Assembly (NCBI GenBank): GCA_013239625.1
Contig: MU054220.1
Coordinates: forward strand, 372,001-436,000
Source: Lama guanicoe
Lineage: Eukaryota
DNA: 64,000 nucleotides
Direction of reading: 5' to 3'
The notes below the pieces were generated by a model. That model was not told the origin of the DNA, made no database searches, and saw only the letters and a list, made by a program, of their open reading frames with translations. Position numbers and translations under genes: made by a program. Shown here one piece after another: positions 50,691-64,000 of the stretch; position 1 is the first letter of the stretch, and each line of letters begins with the position of its first letter.

Positions 50691-52388
50691 AAAGTAAAGG
50701 GATTCTGTCTCTCACTTCACAAAAATTTAATCATCCTTTGCCAAGATAGAAAAGAAATATGTAAATTTACTCTCTGAAAACGGATTACTCATCACTGATT
50801 CCAATCAAGATCAATATAACTTTCCTGCTGCTTATCCACTGTTGTTCTAGTTCAGTTAAATACCAAGTAAGTGACAATCTGTAGGAGAAGACAGTTTATT
50901 TGTGACTATGTAAAACAATGTTGGTTATCACCACTTTTCTGAATGTTAACCAGAAAAAAGGGTTATATTAATTCATCATCGTAAGTCTGAAACAGTATAA
51001 CCATTTCAAATTACTTCAGTGAAGTAATATAAAATTGTTCTCCAGTTTTCATTCTACCTTCACAAAACAGCAATAATTTCTTCTCTTGGTATTTTTCTCA
51101 CAATATTTGGAATTTCATTCAGACACAAAGCATAGAACAGAAAACAGATGTTATAAGTAATTCAAGCAAAACTGATGATAGGAGAGCTGAAAGAATAGAT
51201 AAATATAATGCAATAAAACTTTCAAATTAGATTCTTGTATCAATGAGGCTGTCATAATAAATATTACAGTGATTAGAGGAAAATTTAATCCTCCCTACTA
51301 TACACAACAAACTAGGTTTAATTATTTGTATGTATAGATTATACTTAAAAATTAGAGTTAGTTTAAAGCAACATTCAAGTCCAAGGAAAGCAGTTAACTC
51401 TGAATTCTTATAACAAACCTACTCAATTATTTTATAGGGGCTTCTAGGGGGTCCTGATACAGACAACTGAGATTAAAAACCTGGGTCGAGCTGCCATATG
51501 AATTTATTATATTTAGGCTGATCGGTTGGTGAGAAACAGGAAGCAGAAACATATAAAATGAACGAATTATCTTCTTGTTCTCAGCCCTCAGACAAGTGAG
51601 CCTCTTGTAAATCCTTTCATCCTTGACACTGAAACTCTTTTCCAGAATAATGCAGAATGGTAGCTACAACTCATGCAAAGTTTCATTCCTTCAAGCACCT
51701 AACAAGATACTTCGTACACACATGACATAAATAGTAGCTCAGAATATTTGTAGAATCACTGAGCCTTGAACATTCATGTTCTTCACTCTGAGGTAAGATC
51801 TGTGTCTTTCTCTTCTTTTTCTATTAAAAGCTTCCCTATCCTTCAAGGCCAAAGACAAGATGCATGGAGTTATCAGGCAAGACCTCTAATGTCCACAAAT
51901 GGCTCTGAGCAACGTCTCCTTGCCAGCTCTGTTGGGATACTTACTAGCATCACTGGCTTAGGAGGATCTTGAAAGTGAGAATGTATCTTTTCCTCTCATC
52001 TAATTTACTAAATTTGTTACCAGTTACCACCTATTAGTTATCAGGGAAGAAAGGACAACAGAACTAGAATTTACTACAAATACACAATGAGCCTGGTGCG
52101 TTGCTTACTTTTTTTTTTTTTTTTGCTCTACAAACCATTGTATGGACTAAATCATTTTACATTATTTTTGTAGATAAAGACCAAGTCAGAACAATCAGTC
52201 TTCTCTGGTTTATTCAATCAGAGCCAGATACAGTCTCCTGATTGAAAACTCATATCCTTTCCATTGCAAATGGGCTCTGTTTTTCAAAATCTAAAGTGAT
52301 TTTTAAAATGAACTCCGGATACATGTTTCATTCAAAATCAGAAAAGTGTTCTGAAATAACTGAAATAAATATTTACTGGTACATGCCT

Positions 52389-53333
52389 TCAATATGGAAA
52401 CAATTTCATTTTCATTATTTTGCTGACTGTATCCTTGACATCCTTATTTCTCAGGCTGTAGATCAGGGGATTCAACATGGGGATGACCACGGTGTAAAAC
52501 ACTGACGCCACTTTGACTGTGTGCCTGGAGATTTTGGAGTTGGGCACACAGTAGAGGAAGAGGATGGTGCCGTGGAAGATGGTGATGGCCGTCAGGTGGG
52601 AGGCACAGGTGGAGAAGGCTTTGCGGTGCCCACGAGCTGAATGCATCTTCAGGGTGGCGGCAACAATGAACACGTAAGACGTGAGAATGATGAGCAGTGT
52701 AATCACCTCGTTAAAGGTGGCAACAGTGCAAAGAAGCAGCTGGCTGAGATACGGATCAGAACAAGAGAGGGAGAGCAGGGAGGAGAGCTCACAGAAGAAG
52801 TGATTGATTGTGTTGAAACCTCGAAAAGATAATCTGATAGCAGAATATGTGAGTGTCAAGGAGCAGGCCACTCCCCAGGCATATGATACCACCACCAGCA
52901 TGGCACAGAGCTTCTGGGACATGGCGACCGTGTAGAGCAGAGGGTTGCAAATGGCCACGAAGCGGTCATAGGCCATCACAGCAAATAGAATTAATTCAGT
53001 CACCACAAAGGTGCAAAAGAAAAAGAATTGCCCCATACATCCTGAAAATGAAATAGTTCTGTCTTCTGCAAGTAGGTTCACCAGCATCTTGGGAGCAATG
53101 ATGGAGGAATAGCAGAAATCCACAAAGGAAAGGTGGCTGAGAAAAAAGTACATGGGGGTGTGCAGTTTGGGGTTAACTTTGATGATCACAATCATGCCAA
53201 GATTCCCTACCACACTGAAGCTGTAGATGGCCAGAAATACCAAGAAGAGGGGGACCTGCAGTTCTGGGTAATCTGAGAAACCCAAGAGGATGAATGTGGT
53301 CCCAGCAGTTACATTTCTTTTGGCCAGAAACAT
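52389..53333 (-). CDS. OR5D16: Olfactory receptor 5D16-like (314 aa)
   Basis: OR5D signatures [61 protein letters not shown]. Confidence 0.9.
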   Translation of the reverse strand: MFLAKRNVTAGTTFILLGFSDYPELQVPLFLVFLAIYSFSVVGNLGMIVIIKVNPKLHTPMYFFLSHLSFVDFCYSSIIAPKMLVNLLAEDRTISFSGCMGQFFFFCTFVVTELILFAVMAYDRFVAICNPLLYTVAMSQKLCAMLVVVSYAWGVACSLTLTYSAIRLSFRGFNTINHFFCELSSLLSLSCSDPYLSQLLLCTVATFNEVITLLIILTSYVFIVAATLKMHSARGHRKAFSTCASHLTAITIFHGTILFLYCVPNSKISRHTVKVASVFYTVVIPMLNPLIYSLRNKDVKDTVSKIMKMKLFPY

Positions 53334-54554
53334 GTTTCCTGATGGCAGGACCTGAAAATCAGTCTTGGAAATAATATATTATGGAGAGTGACTGACACAC
53401 GAAGCATGCTTACCTATGCTCCATTCAGAAGGGATATAAAGTGAGATAAAATAAACCCATGTTATAATCCTTGTAGGTGTTCAGCGTCGAAGGCTGGAAT
53501 ATCTAAAGCTTTAGGAAAGAATTGCTAGTTAATTTTACTTTCTCAACATTATACAAATGCTGCTCCTGTGCTGAAATATAACGTTAAAGGCATACAAATG
53601 TAATAATTATGAACTTGAGCAATTTAAATGGCAACCTGTAATCAAACCCTCATGTAAGACATTCTCATCTCACTGAACATCATGAATTCTGCAAAATGAA
53701 ATAACTTTCAGTAAGTCCTAAGTTACTAATGTAAAGTGGAAGCATCTGAAATAACTTCTATAATCATAACTAACTTCTATATAAAATATGTGCATATTCG
53801 TGACATAAAGAAAGAGTAATCTGTACACTTACCTATACCCGTATTTTATCAGTTTAGCACTTTAACCATCATACTTCTTTTTGGTTGAATAGGCCAGATA
53901 GCAAAGTAAATATTGGTTTATATATTTAAATAAATAATCTCTATTGAACTGCTTTTTTCTACAGATGAGCAAAGAGAAATCTGAAGAAGCCATGACTTGC
54001 CCAATAATGTAGATACTGGGTGATCAGCCGACAACTAGAACCAAGATTCCTAAATTCCCAGTAGTGTACCCTTCTCTCCACACCGGGCTCCGATCCACAG
54101 TACAGATTGAGACATTAGCATTTTTACTTTGTAAAGATCACATTTTCAGCCTTCATTTTGCTAATTCTTTTGGCCACTTTAAAGACACACTTTATACTAT
54201 GAAACTATGAAATTTACTCCATCGAATGCGTTGAGGGTCACAGAGATGTTCTGAAGGTCTGTGTCAAGATGAAGCACAGAGAATGGATGTTAGAAAAACA
54301 CCCCTGTTGAGGAATAAGTGTGGTTAAAACCCTTAAATAGTGACACTTGCTTTTTCTAGGCCCTTCTCTTTTCTTTCCTTAAGACACCCAGGATACTCAA
54401 TCTGTGCCTCTATTACCTTTCAAAAGACTGAATGGAATTAAGATTCTCCACACTCTGAGGACATTTATGATACAGGAGTTCTTACTACAGAGAGAATGGT
54501 GGGACTTTTCAAACTGGTGCCCAGACAGGAAGCGTAGGAACATCTGACTGTCAC

Positions 54555-54692
54555 ACAGATAATGAATTTTTGCTATAAGTATATCTCAACTATTATATGG
54601 AGACACTGATACCAAAAAATTATTCATTGCTTATCAAGAGTTCAAATTAAACTTAAAATTCTGTATTTTTGCTTGCTCAAAATGGCAACCCT
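54555..54692. mobile_element. MER53-like palindromic hAT MITE, partial
   Basis: GAATTTTTGCTATAAGTATATCTCAA...AAAAAATTATTCATTGCTTATC...TTCAAATTAAAC...TGGCAACCCT. Confidence 0.7.
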
Positions 54693-55040
54693 GTATCTGG
54701 AAGAATTCAGAGTGCTACGGTGAACAATACATCCCACTTGGAACTTTCCGTTAGTCCTGTAAGTCACACATACAAGGAATTCTTTCAGTCATAAAACCTG
54801 CCTTTATAATGAAGACTTCTTTCTCAGGCTGATATTTCTGGTAATGTCCTCTCTGTTTCTACAACCCTAGAACCAGACAGTTTTGACCATTCGATCTCTA
54901 AAAGGTGATGGTTCTATACAACACTGAGAGTCCTTGATGGCCCTGTGGGTTCAGATACCCAAGAATTTAAGGATCAGTCAGAAGGCAGTACTTCCTAGTC
55001 AGCTCTCAATATTATAAAAATCTTTATCAGTGATATTTTT

Positions 55041-55268
55041 CAGAGTCTCTCAACCTCAATACCTTGTGCTGGATTATTCTTTTTATGGGGAACTAACCAC
55101 TCAGGGCATCTTACCATGTATAGCAGCATCTCTGGCCTCTGTCCACTAGATGGCAGTACCACCCTCACCCCTCGTCCCTCCATCGTGACAATCAAGTGTC
55201 TCAGGAAATTGTGAAATGTCCCTGTGGGGGAGGCGGGTCAATATATGCATGTAGTTGAGAGCTACAGT
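55041..55268. mobile_element. MER20 element (opposite orientation to 45094)
   Basis: CAGAGTCTCTCAACCTC...AGCAGCATCTCTGGCCTCTGTCCACTAGATGGCAGTA...AAATGTCCCTGTGGGG...GTTGAGA. Confidence 0.8.
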
Positions 55269-56264
55269 CTTATCTACTTGATTCTGGAAGGTTTTAAAGT
55301 TTCTTCTGTCTGACTTAAAACTGCTTCTCATTTCCCAAACGATGCTATTAAATGAACTAAACAATTTGCATTATCCTTGAATCTGGGAAACATGGTGTCT
55401 AAAAAGCTTCTAATAATCTCTTCCCTTTAATTCTTTTCGCTCTTGTGAGCCCATATTTTTTCCCCATGCTTTGAAATCTTATTTAGGGCTCATCCTGTTA
55501 ATTCTATTTCTCCAGAAGGTTCATTGTATTCCTTTTAACTCAATTTTATTTAAATACCTGCCTATTGTCCAAAATTCTCCAGATGCAGAAAGACGTACAC
55601 CTGAGAACTCTTAGGGTCCTTCTGCCCCCACCCCCACCCCCAGGAAACACTTGTTCAGGACACAGCCATGAAGGAGCTTAGCTAAGTCAGGCCCTTTCTA
55701 CAAAACTGTAGAAAGTGTGGGCTTCCTCTTCTAAAGACAATGTTTGCAGTGGCTCAAAATTTCCCCGAAGTGATTTTTCTCATGACACAATGACTGAGCC
55801 CAAGGTATCTTCTAGATAGCTTACACGCTAAAGAACATGTATATTTTCTCAGACAAAAAAAACAAACCTGCTGGTGGAAAAGGCAGCCCCCCTCTGGCCT
55901 CTGGAGGGCTCGCTGGTTTGAGGGAGAGGCTGAATTCGTATTTATGCCTGTTTCCACTCCCACTGACTTCAGGACCCTAGAGAAAATTGCCTGCCTTCTT
56001 CAAAGGCCTCAAAACAAGCAATTAAAATTAATGATTGTTCTCTGATAGAATTCAGTTTTCTTGGAAAATCTGAATGAATGCAAACAGCAACCTTAGAAAC
56101 ATTTTATATGAACATTAATAAAAGTTCAAATGCCTCCTTCTCTCCATGCTCCGTGATCATTACCATAGACACCAACATATTTTGTATAATGCAAGTCAGG
56201 GCAGAAATCATCTTTATTACACAGCAGAATTTTTTGGTATATTGTTTATTCTGTCTGAATTGTT

Positions 56265-56680
56265 TTTTAGATTTATTGAGGTATAATTGGCAAATAAAAA
56301 TTATATGTATTTAAGGCATACAATTTGATGTTCTGATATACATATGCATTGTGACATAATCACTACAGTCAAGCTACTTAACATCCATCACTTCACATGT
56401 TACCTTTTTATTTTCATTTGTTTTTGTTTTCTGATGAGGACACTTAAGTTCTACCCTCTTAGCAAGTTTCACGAACCCAATACAGTGTTGTTATAGTGAC
56501 ACTGTTGTACATTGATGTTCAGAATTTATTCATTCTGTGTAACTGCAACTTTCTACCCCTTGACCAATGTCTCTCCATTCCCCCTCCTCCCAGCCCTGAC
56601 AACCACCATTCTGCTTTCTGTTTCTAAGAGTCTGACTGTTTTAGATTGCACATACAAGTGAGATCATGCAGAATTTCTTT
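56265..56680 (-). mobile_element. L1MA-like 3' end
   Basis: TTTATTGAGGTATAATTGGCAAATAAAAATTATATG...TTTTAGATTGCACATACAAGTGAGATCATGCAG. Confidence 0.9.
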
Positions 56681-58083
56681 TTTAACAACTATTTCTTAAG
56701 TTTCTACTATGCTCTTGACCTCTGTAAGGCATAACTGCTCCTGGTTACACTAACCACACTGAAGAGTGGGAAGGTCCTGCCCTCAGGACCTCAGCTACTT
56801 TGTCATGGTCCCACCACGGGTGTTACTGGCAAAGCATCTCATCATGTATGTCGATGATAGGACCGCAAAGGCGAATTTGGTCCCCAGAAGTAGCTACATC
56901 TGGCTAGAACTGGTATATTAGAGTTTCTAAAATTATTGCAAACATTCTGGATACCTGATAAGCAAATATATTATATACTGTTCATAGCATGATCTCATCT
57001 TTACATCCACTTTATTATAAAGCTTTCATCCAGGGCTCTGTAGCCCCTGAAACATCACATTTCCACAAAACTATTCGTTCTGTCTTCTCTATCATCACTG
57101 ACATTTCTTTAGATCATATTTTTTTGTTATTTTACACTTGCACTGTTCTGTAAGCTCCCAAATGGCCTTTAAGTCTATAGATTCACCCTCTTATATCTGC
57201 TACACTGTCACTAAAATAACTCTTTACACGGTAAATCAGCCTTCCTTTAGATACATGTTTGAATATGTATAAGATATGTCTAGAAGTATATATGTATTAG
57301 GTATTCATCACAGGGCAGAGGAAAAAGAAGTAGATCATGGGAATGTATCCCCCATTACAAAAATAAATACGTTAAATACGTATAAACTAAATTAAAATAA
57401 ATACATGAAAGCTACAATGACCAAGTCAGGTTGTAAATGTGAATGAGTCACAGACACTGACAGGTGCATTACCCACTTTCTAAAAATATCCTCCAAGGCT
57501 TTCTCTGCTGGACTTATCTACCTCCACTTTCTGTACAACTTTCAGCCTCTAAATATCACTGTTTCCATATGTATATCTGTATTTACATCTCTTTCTGTTA
57601 ATGGATATATGCTACCTCACAGATCTGCACATTGATGCAAGATCTCATCAGCCTAGGCACCCTCAGTTTACCACTTGTTTTGTCTACTCACAAAACACTG
57701 CTGAGGCATGAGCCCTTCCATTAGACTTTTTCTACCTCCTCCAGATCAAAGTCATTCTTCTTTGAAAGTCATAATTTATGTGAATCATCTTTTTTTTTAA
57801 TTATTGCTTGAGCCACAGTGGGATGTGGTTATCATGTTTCCTTGCTGATTTATGTGCTTGGAATATATCATTTTATTTGATCAAGATGGAAAGCGCAGAA
57901 AGAGTTTAACACTTTACCTGCATCTCCATGGTAGTAATGTACGCCTCTCCCTCACCCACTTCGGAAATTCTGAATTACCTTTTCCATTCTATCTCATCAC
58001 CAAAGTCACCAACTGCAAAGATAATTCATTTTTGATGCCAAAAATTCCTTTTGGAACAAGCTGCCCAGAAAAGTATCATCTTA

Positions 58084-58576
58084 GTTATGGAAAAAAACTT
58101 GAGCCTGATTGCCCACGTGCAGTGAAGCCAACCTACTGAGAGGGTTGTGGTGAAGAAGGGTGCAGCATTTATTGCATTTTAAGATCCCTGTACAAAGAGA
58201 AAGGGTGACTCATGCTTAAAACCCTGAACTCCCCAAAGGGTTTCAGAAAAGCATTTTTAAAAGCCGGGGGAGGGAGCCAGTGTCCCAGGCCATGTGATCT
58301 GCTTGTGCACGATTCTCTGATTGGTTGATGGTGAGGTTAACAGGGCTGTGTCATGGGGGTTAATATTATCAACCTGTAGGCTCCAAGGGGCCATGTGCTT
58401 GTGGTTATGAAGTAGTTAACATCCGTCATTTGGTCGGGGATTTTCACATGTGTAAAATGACTCAGGAAATGTGCATCTGACACTATTACCCTGGAGTTCC
58501 AGAGAGAACATAAAGCAGAGAGTATGAAGGAGGGGGTCTCCCCTGGGAAGGCCCTGCAGAGTCCTGATCAGTCACT
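58084..58576 (-). mobile_element. Solo ERV LTR
   Basis: GCAGTGAAGCCAACCTACTGA...GCATTTATTGC...GATTGGTTGATGGTGAGGT...CCTGGGAAGGCCCTGCAGAGTCCTGATCAGT. Confidence 0.7.
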
Positions 58577-59094
58577 ATCTTAGTTACTAAGACTGAAAGC
58601 AGCCAAGGGAAATATAAGAATTGTTATTTCAGAAATTGTAGAGAAATGATTAGATCCATTTACATGAATTCCATGGAATTTTACTTAGGTAGTTCTTAAA
58701 GGGTGACCACCACAGTCTGTTGCATTTGGTTTACAAACGTCACAAAGTTTGAATTGTATCTGTTACCAGGGAGACTAGGTTCCTGTGCCATGGCAGAAAG
58801 AATTCAGAGACGAGACATGGAGGTCAAGAAACAGGATACGCCTGTATGCAAACACATGCACACAGACACACATATACACACATACACACAACATACACAC
58901 ATACACACACACAGAGATAGAGGACTAATTATGTACCAGGATTATTCCAAGCTACCTGCACATGACCTGCTATTTAATTTTCCTAAAATTTCTGTGAAAT
59001 AATTATTATTAATGTCTCTATTTTTCAGATGTGATAAGATATGAAGTTCTAAAAACACTGGAGACTACAATGATGACAAAAAATAATAAAAGTA

Positions 59095-59190
59095 GGATGG
59101 GTACAGGTCAGCAGTAGAGGCATGCACAAGGTCCCAGGTTCGATCCCCAGCACCTCCACTAAGTAATAATATAAATGAATAAAATTTGGA
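59095..59190 (+). mobile_element. Degenerate tRNA-derived SINE (vic-1-like)
   Basis: GGTACAGGTCAGCAGTAGAGGCATGCACAAGGTCCCAGGTTCGATCCCCAGCACCTCCA followed by an AT tail. Confidence 0.75.
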
Positions 59191-59672
59191 AAACAGACAA
59201 TAAAGGAACCAAGAAATAAACAATAAAGAGGAGATATATATATATATGAAATCTCATTCTGTGTATAAACTGGTAAAGGTGTGTTTTTCATTGTAAAATA
59301 ACAGATATTCAGCTTTGAAATGAGTCACTGTCCCCACAATGGATACTAAAATAAAATGTGATTCTTGCAAATTCTTCATTAAGCTCATGAAGGTTTTACA
59401 GCAAATTAAATGGGTGTGCTTTCATAATACACTAACCAGTTCTACTTAAAACATTTTAGATTGAATAAAAGGAAAGTATTAGATTGCACATTTTGAGATA
59501 TATTCAATCCCAAACTTGTAAATTGAGGAAGCAAAGATAAGCAAGTCAAAAAAACCTCACTCGTAACTATTAACTTCTTAACTGTTCTCCCCTTTCCAAC
59601 AGTGCAGCCCATCAGTTCACCCTTCCACCAGCCTCCACTTTGGGGCTCTGAGTTCTGCTAGAAAACTGTTCT

Positions 59673-60608
59673 CTAGGAAAGTATTGTGGCGTTCACCACT
59701 TTTCTGAGGGCTTCCTTCACGTCCTTATTCCTCAGACTATAGATCAGGGGGTTCAGCATGGGAATCACCACAGTGTAGAACACCGTGGCCACTTTGTCAG
59801 CATCCCTACTGCTGCCAGAACCGGGGCGGCAATAAATGAAAAGGATTGTCCCATGAAAGACAATGATGGCTGCGAGGTGGGAGGCACAGGTGGAAAAGGC
59901 TTTGGACCTGCCCTCTGCAGAGGGCATCCTCAGGATGGTGAAGAGAATAAACAAGTAGGAGGTGAGGATGATCACGATGGTGATGATCTCATTGAAAGTG
60001 GCCACAACGTATAGCAGCAATTGATTCACAGTGACGTCAGAGCAGGCAAGAGATAAAAGCGGGGGTAGATCACAGAAGAAGTGGTTAATCACATTTGATC
60101 TGTAGGATGGGATCTTAAGAGCTGAGCCCAAGTGAATCAGAGAACACACAGTCCCACAGAGGTAGCAGCAAGACACCAGCTCCACACAGAGGCTTCGGGA
60201 CATGGTCACCATGTACAGCAGAGGGTCACAGACGGCCACAAAGCGGTCATAGGCCATCACAGCCAGCAGGATGACCTCGGTTACCCCACACGTGCAAAAC
60301 AAGTAGAATTGCACAGCACATCCCAGGAAGGAAATGGTTTTGTCTTCCTTGAAGATACTGTCTAGCATCTTTGGCACAATGATGGTGGAGTAACAGAAAT
60401 CCACAAAGGACAAGTGGCTGAGGAAAAAGTACATGGGGGTGTGGAGCCGAGGGCTTATGTGAATCAGCGCAATCATGCCCAGGTTGCCCCAAACCGTGAC
60501 TCCGTAGATGACAAGAAACACCAGGAAGAGGAAGACTCTCAAGTCAGGGGCATCAGAGAACCCGAGGAGAATGAACTTGGTCACAGTGGTGCAGTTTTCC
60601 TTCCCCAT
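59673..60608 (-). CDS. OR5L1: Olfactory receptor 5L1/5L2-like (311 aa)
   Basis: [63 protein letters not shown] cannot separate 5L1 from 5L2. Confidence 0.85.
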   Translation of the reverse strand: MGKENCTTVTKFILLGFSDAPDLRVFLFLVFLVIYGVTVWGNLGMIALIHISPRLHTPMYFFLSHLSFVDFCYSTIIVPKMLDSIFKEDKTISFLGCAVQFYLFCTCGVTEVILLAVMAYDRFVAVCDPLLYMVTMSRSLCVELVSCCYLCGTVCSLIHLGSALKIPSYRSNVINHFFCDLPPLLSLACSDVTVNQLLLYVVATFNEIITIVIILTSYLFILFTILRMPSAEGRSKAFSTCASHLAAIIVFHGTILFIYCRPGSGSSRDADKVATVFYTVVIPMLNPLIYSLRNKDVKEALRKVVNATILS

Positions 60609-60907
60609 GTCTGCACTTTATCAGGGCTGGAAAAAATATTAATAGTTATTCTCCATTATATCATCCTAAATCCAGTTGTGACTCTCTCCTAAAGAAGATA
60701 TGAGAATAAGTGGAATAGTTAATTTTTTTTTCAGCAAAGAAATAAGATGTTGCTGGCACACAAATTCATAGAGCTTACAGTTTAATTCTCAGGTCCTACA
60801 AAAGCATTCAGCCTCATTAGAGCCCATGTGACTCCTTAAACTAGTTTTACATAATTTAGAGCTTGGAATTGAATCAGAAGAAAGACATCAAATTTAATTA
60901 GCCATAG

Positions 60908-61051
60908 TTTTTAAAATTAATTTTAATTTTAAAATTTAATTAATTTTAAAATTTAATTACTTTTAAAATTTAATTAATTTTAATTAATTAATTTTAATTA
61001 ATTTATTGATTAATTAATTAATTTAATTAAATTTAAAATTAATTTTAAATT
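60908..61051. repeat. AT-only low-complexity tract with three tandem 17-mers TTTTAAAATTTAATTAA
   Basis: 144 bp with only two G/C bases. Confidence 0.9.
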
Positions 61052-62240
61052 CCTTTTTACTAGCAGACTCTAATCAGTTACAGAAATTTTGGAGTCCCAG
61101 GAAATAATTGTTTAAAATACTACATTTTTTCTCTGCCGAATTGAAGTGAATTTTTATGCCTATTTACAATTGTTAACCTGTAAGTGTTCATTTTTATCAG
61201 TATACTTCAGATTGAGAAGGTAGGTTTTATGCTCTATATTAGCATTTTTTCTATAAAATTAGTATAATGATTTTGTTAATTATGCTGTACAATGTTGGTC
61301 ATTGTTCAGGAAACTGTTACTCAGATCTAAACTTTCTGTGACTTTGAAGCCTTATAAAGACCTATTTGACAAATTAATTCATTCTTTTAAATCTATTTGA
61401 GGAACTAATCAAAATTGTGGATATGTAATTAATAGGAATGCTTGCTGTTACATTGCAGCATTATTTATGACAGCAAACCTTCAAAATAAAGTGTCAAACC
61501 ACAGGGAAATAGTTAAAGTTATGGCATACATATATAATAAAAAACTTCTCATGTATGTTGATAAAATAATAAAAGTATTAATTTGACCTTTGAAAAAACA
61601 AATTATGCAGCATTTTGAAGAACTTTTAATGACCTGTAAAATGACTATGATAAAATGGCAAGCTAAAAAAAAACAGAAATCCAGATTGCTAAGATAGAAT
61701 ATTGGATATGTATACATAAGTTACAGTGTATGTTTAATCCTCACAACATCCATGAAACATAAATATTTTATACCAATAACTTAAAAAAAGCAATTCTCAC
61801 AAAACATAAGTGTTATGGGGTGGTGTGATTTTTTTTCTTTAAATAAAGGAGGGATACACACAAAATCTTTGACATGTAGAAAATGCCTACAGAAGGTAAA
61901 AACATGCTCATTTATTCTCTCTCCTGACCCTTGGTAACTATAAAATGATTAAGAGACATAAGTTGGTTATTTCTGGAGGAAAGAAAATCTGGACTAAAAC
62001 CCAACACAACCAGATATTTGCCTCATTCTTCAAATGATTTCAAAGAGGTAAAGGATACATGAATTAAGAAATTTCAGCTTAAAAACAAATCATTATTTTG
62101 ATGATGTGTTTCTATTCCCTTCAAAGGCCAGTAAAAGTCAGTTGTCTTTTTCTGAGTACAAAATAATACAAAACTTTGAAAGCCTTTTCCTGTTTTTAAG
62201 TCTAAAGACGAAAAATCAGGCTGCTGATCACTTATAGAGA

Positions 62241-62507
62241 AGTGGTTTTTAACCAAGAGTAACTGTGATCCCCACGGGACATGTGGCAATGACTGGAGGC
62301 ACTGCTGTTTCTGACAATACAGAGGGGTGCAACTGACATCCAGTGCTTAGAGACAAGGGATGCTGCTGCTAAGCCCTGAACAAGGCACGTCACAGGGTCA
62401 CCCGCTCCCCACCCACCACCTCAACTCTGCACACGTACTCACAACAACGCAAATACCAAAATGTGGTCTGGCCCAAAATGTCAATAGTGCCAAGACTGAG
62501 AAATCCG
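62241..62507. mobile_element. MER20 element
   Basis: AGTGGTTTTTAACC...GGGACATGTGGCAATGACTGGAG...GGCCCAAAATGTCAATAGTGCCAAGACTGAGAAA. Confidence 0.8.
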
Positions 62508-64000
62508 CCATGGAGGGACATCACAAAGTCCCTTTGGCACAAGGTCAAAGTAAGTCCTCTCCGTTCTGCTTCAGGGGTGGTTCACGTGTCTGTGAGGACC
62601 CCTCACTACCACTCAGCATCAGAGTGACTGTCAGGAGAAGCTCCATCCTGTCTTGACCAGGTTCCACGGATGGAGTCCATGTGAGAGGGGAGAAGTAGGG
62701 GAGGGAAGAGAAATCAAGCATTTTTTTCTGATTTGTTACACTCTTTCCCCTCCTACACTACTAGCTGTTAGAAGATATTTGTTTCTGCAGATGAAATTGT
62801 TTGGTTTCTCACTGAGATATTTTCTCAATACACAAAGGGAAACTGCTTTTATAGGGGTACCCCAAACACGGCATTTCTTAAAACACTCTCTAAGAGATGG
62901 CTAAAAACAGACTTTTAAAAATATACCTAATACCACTGTCTTCCTTTACAGTTCCTCCTTCTCTTCTACATGGCTATAATAAACTACTCCCATGAGAAAC
63001 AACAAACAAGCTTCCACATCCCAGGAAATATTCAGTCCAATCTCCCCAAACCAGAGTGTAGTCCAGCCAACTGACCTGTGGGGTAGACATTGCTTCCTCT
63101 GTTCTTGAAGATGCTATGATGGAAAACGTGATGGGCTCCATGATTTTATGTGTGTGCATCCCTGGAGCTCATATCCCTTGCTTCCAAAACCAATCAATAA
63201 CCCCTTTGGGATATCAACAAGATACAAACAAAACAACGTCATCTGGGGACTCAGTGAATGACTTTGGTGTGATATAAACAGAGGAAAAACCTATTCTGAC
63301 TTGGTACATGTTATAAGTCCTTCCAGAGTTCATGATGAATTGCAGAGCATTGCACCTGCATCCAAACACTGTTTTGTGAACCAGAGATCACACATTATGA
63401 AATACATGAATATGTCTTATAAACTTTGCCTGGCTTATCCTCAAAACTCCTTCCCGGAGGTCGTAGGATCCGAAGTCCCACCAGACTTCTGCCAAAGCAA
63501 TCTGACACATCGGGTAACAAATTCTTTTAAAAGATACAATCTTCAAAACTTTGGCCTTCAATAAAATTGGAAGGCAATCTAATCTTCCTTAATGCCTGAC
63601 TTAAAAAAGTAATGAAAGATTATTGCGAGAAACTGGCTTGAAGATCTGTGTGTCATTACAGTTACAGCACAATTTCTGACAGTTTCTATTCTCCTTTACT
63701 TTCATTATGATGAAAAATTCTCAGTATTTTCATCTGTCAAAAAGTAGAAATGGGAAGAATGTATCAAGATACATTGACTAGAGAGGAGGTGAGGAGTGTA
63801 TAAGTTATTTGAGCAAAATGGGTTATTAATATTGGAGAAAGCTGGTATTTCTAATTTGCCAGATTAAATAGGTGCTGATGCTAATGACTACCTAGACTTC
63901 ACTTTGTTTTTAATATGGTCGCATAGGCAATCAGCATTCAACACTTAGGGCAACTTTGTTTTAAAGGGAGGAGTGTAGTTGAGAAGGATTCAGACGTTAT

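Noticed and set aside
54555..54692. Possible miR-1302-type hairpin from MER53
   Set aside because: The element is partial and diverged, with poor arm pairing.
1..64000. CRISPR arrays, operons or a novel multi-gene system
   Set aside because: No repeat-spacer array and no non-OR protein-coding gene is supportable; this is a mammalian OR cluster.

Overview
AT-rich mammalian DNA holding part of a class II olfactory receptor (OR) cluster of the OR5/OR9 families. Two vic-1-like tRNA-Ala SINEs suggest a camelid. There are seven intact single-exon OR ORFs. On the + strand: two OR5W2-like (7787, 27296) and a near-identical pair of another OR5 type (22813, 35253). On the - strand: a probable OR9M-type gene (41700), OR5D16-like (53333) and OR5L-like (60608). 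A start-less OR5W fragment lies at 12484. The first ~38 kb is a decayed tandem array of a two-gene cassette (period ~12.4 kb) with paralogous promoter modules, several of which have lost their gene. The rest is L1, LTR, MER20, Tigger, MIR, SINE and microsatellite sequence. I see no new gene family or system. The best observations are: coding-restricted gene conversion that spares the TM4-TM5 odorant-pocket region, a perfect 70-bp palindrome, a tiny TSD-flanked retrocopy of an unidentified RNA, orphan OR promoters, and a 2.2-kb tandem duplication containing an assembly gap. Gene and repeat names come from my recall of family sequences, not from a database search. Repeat boundaries are approximate.
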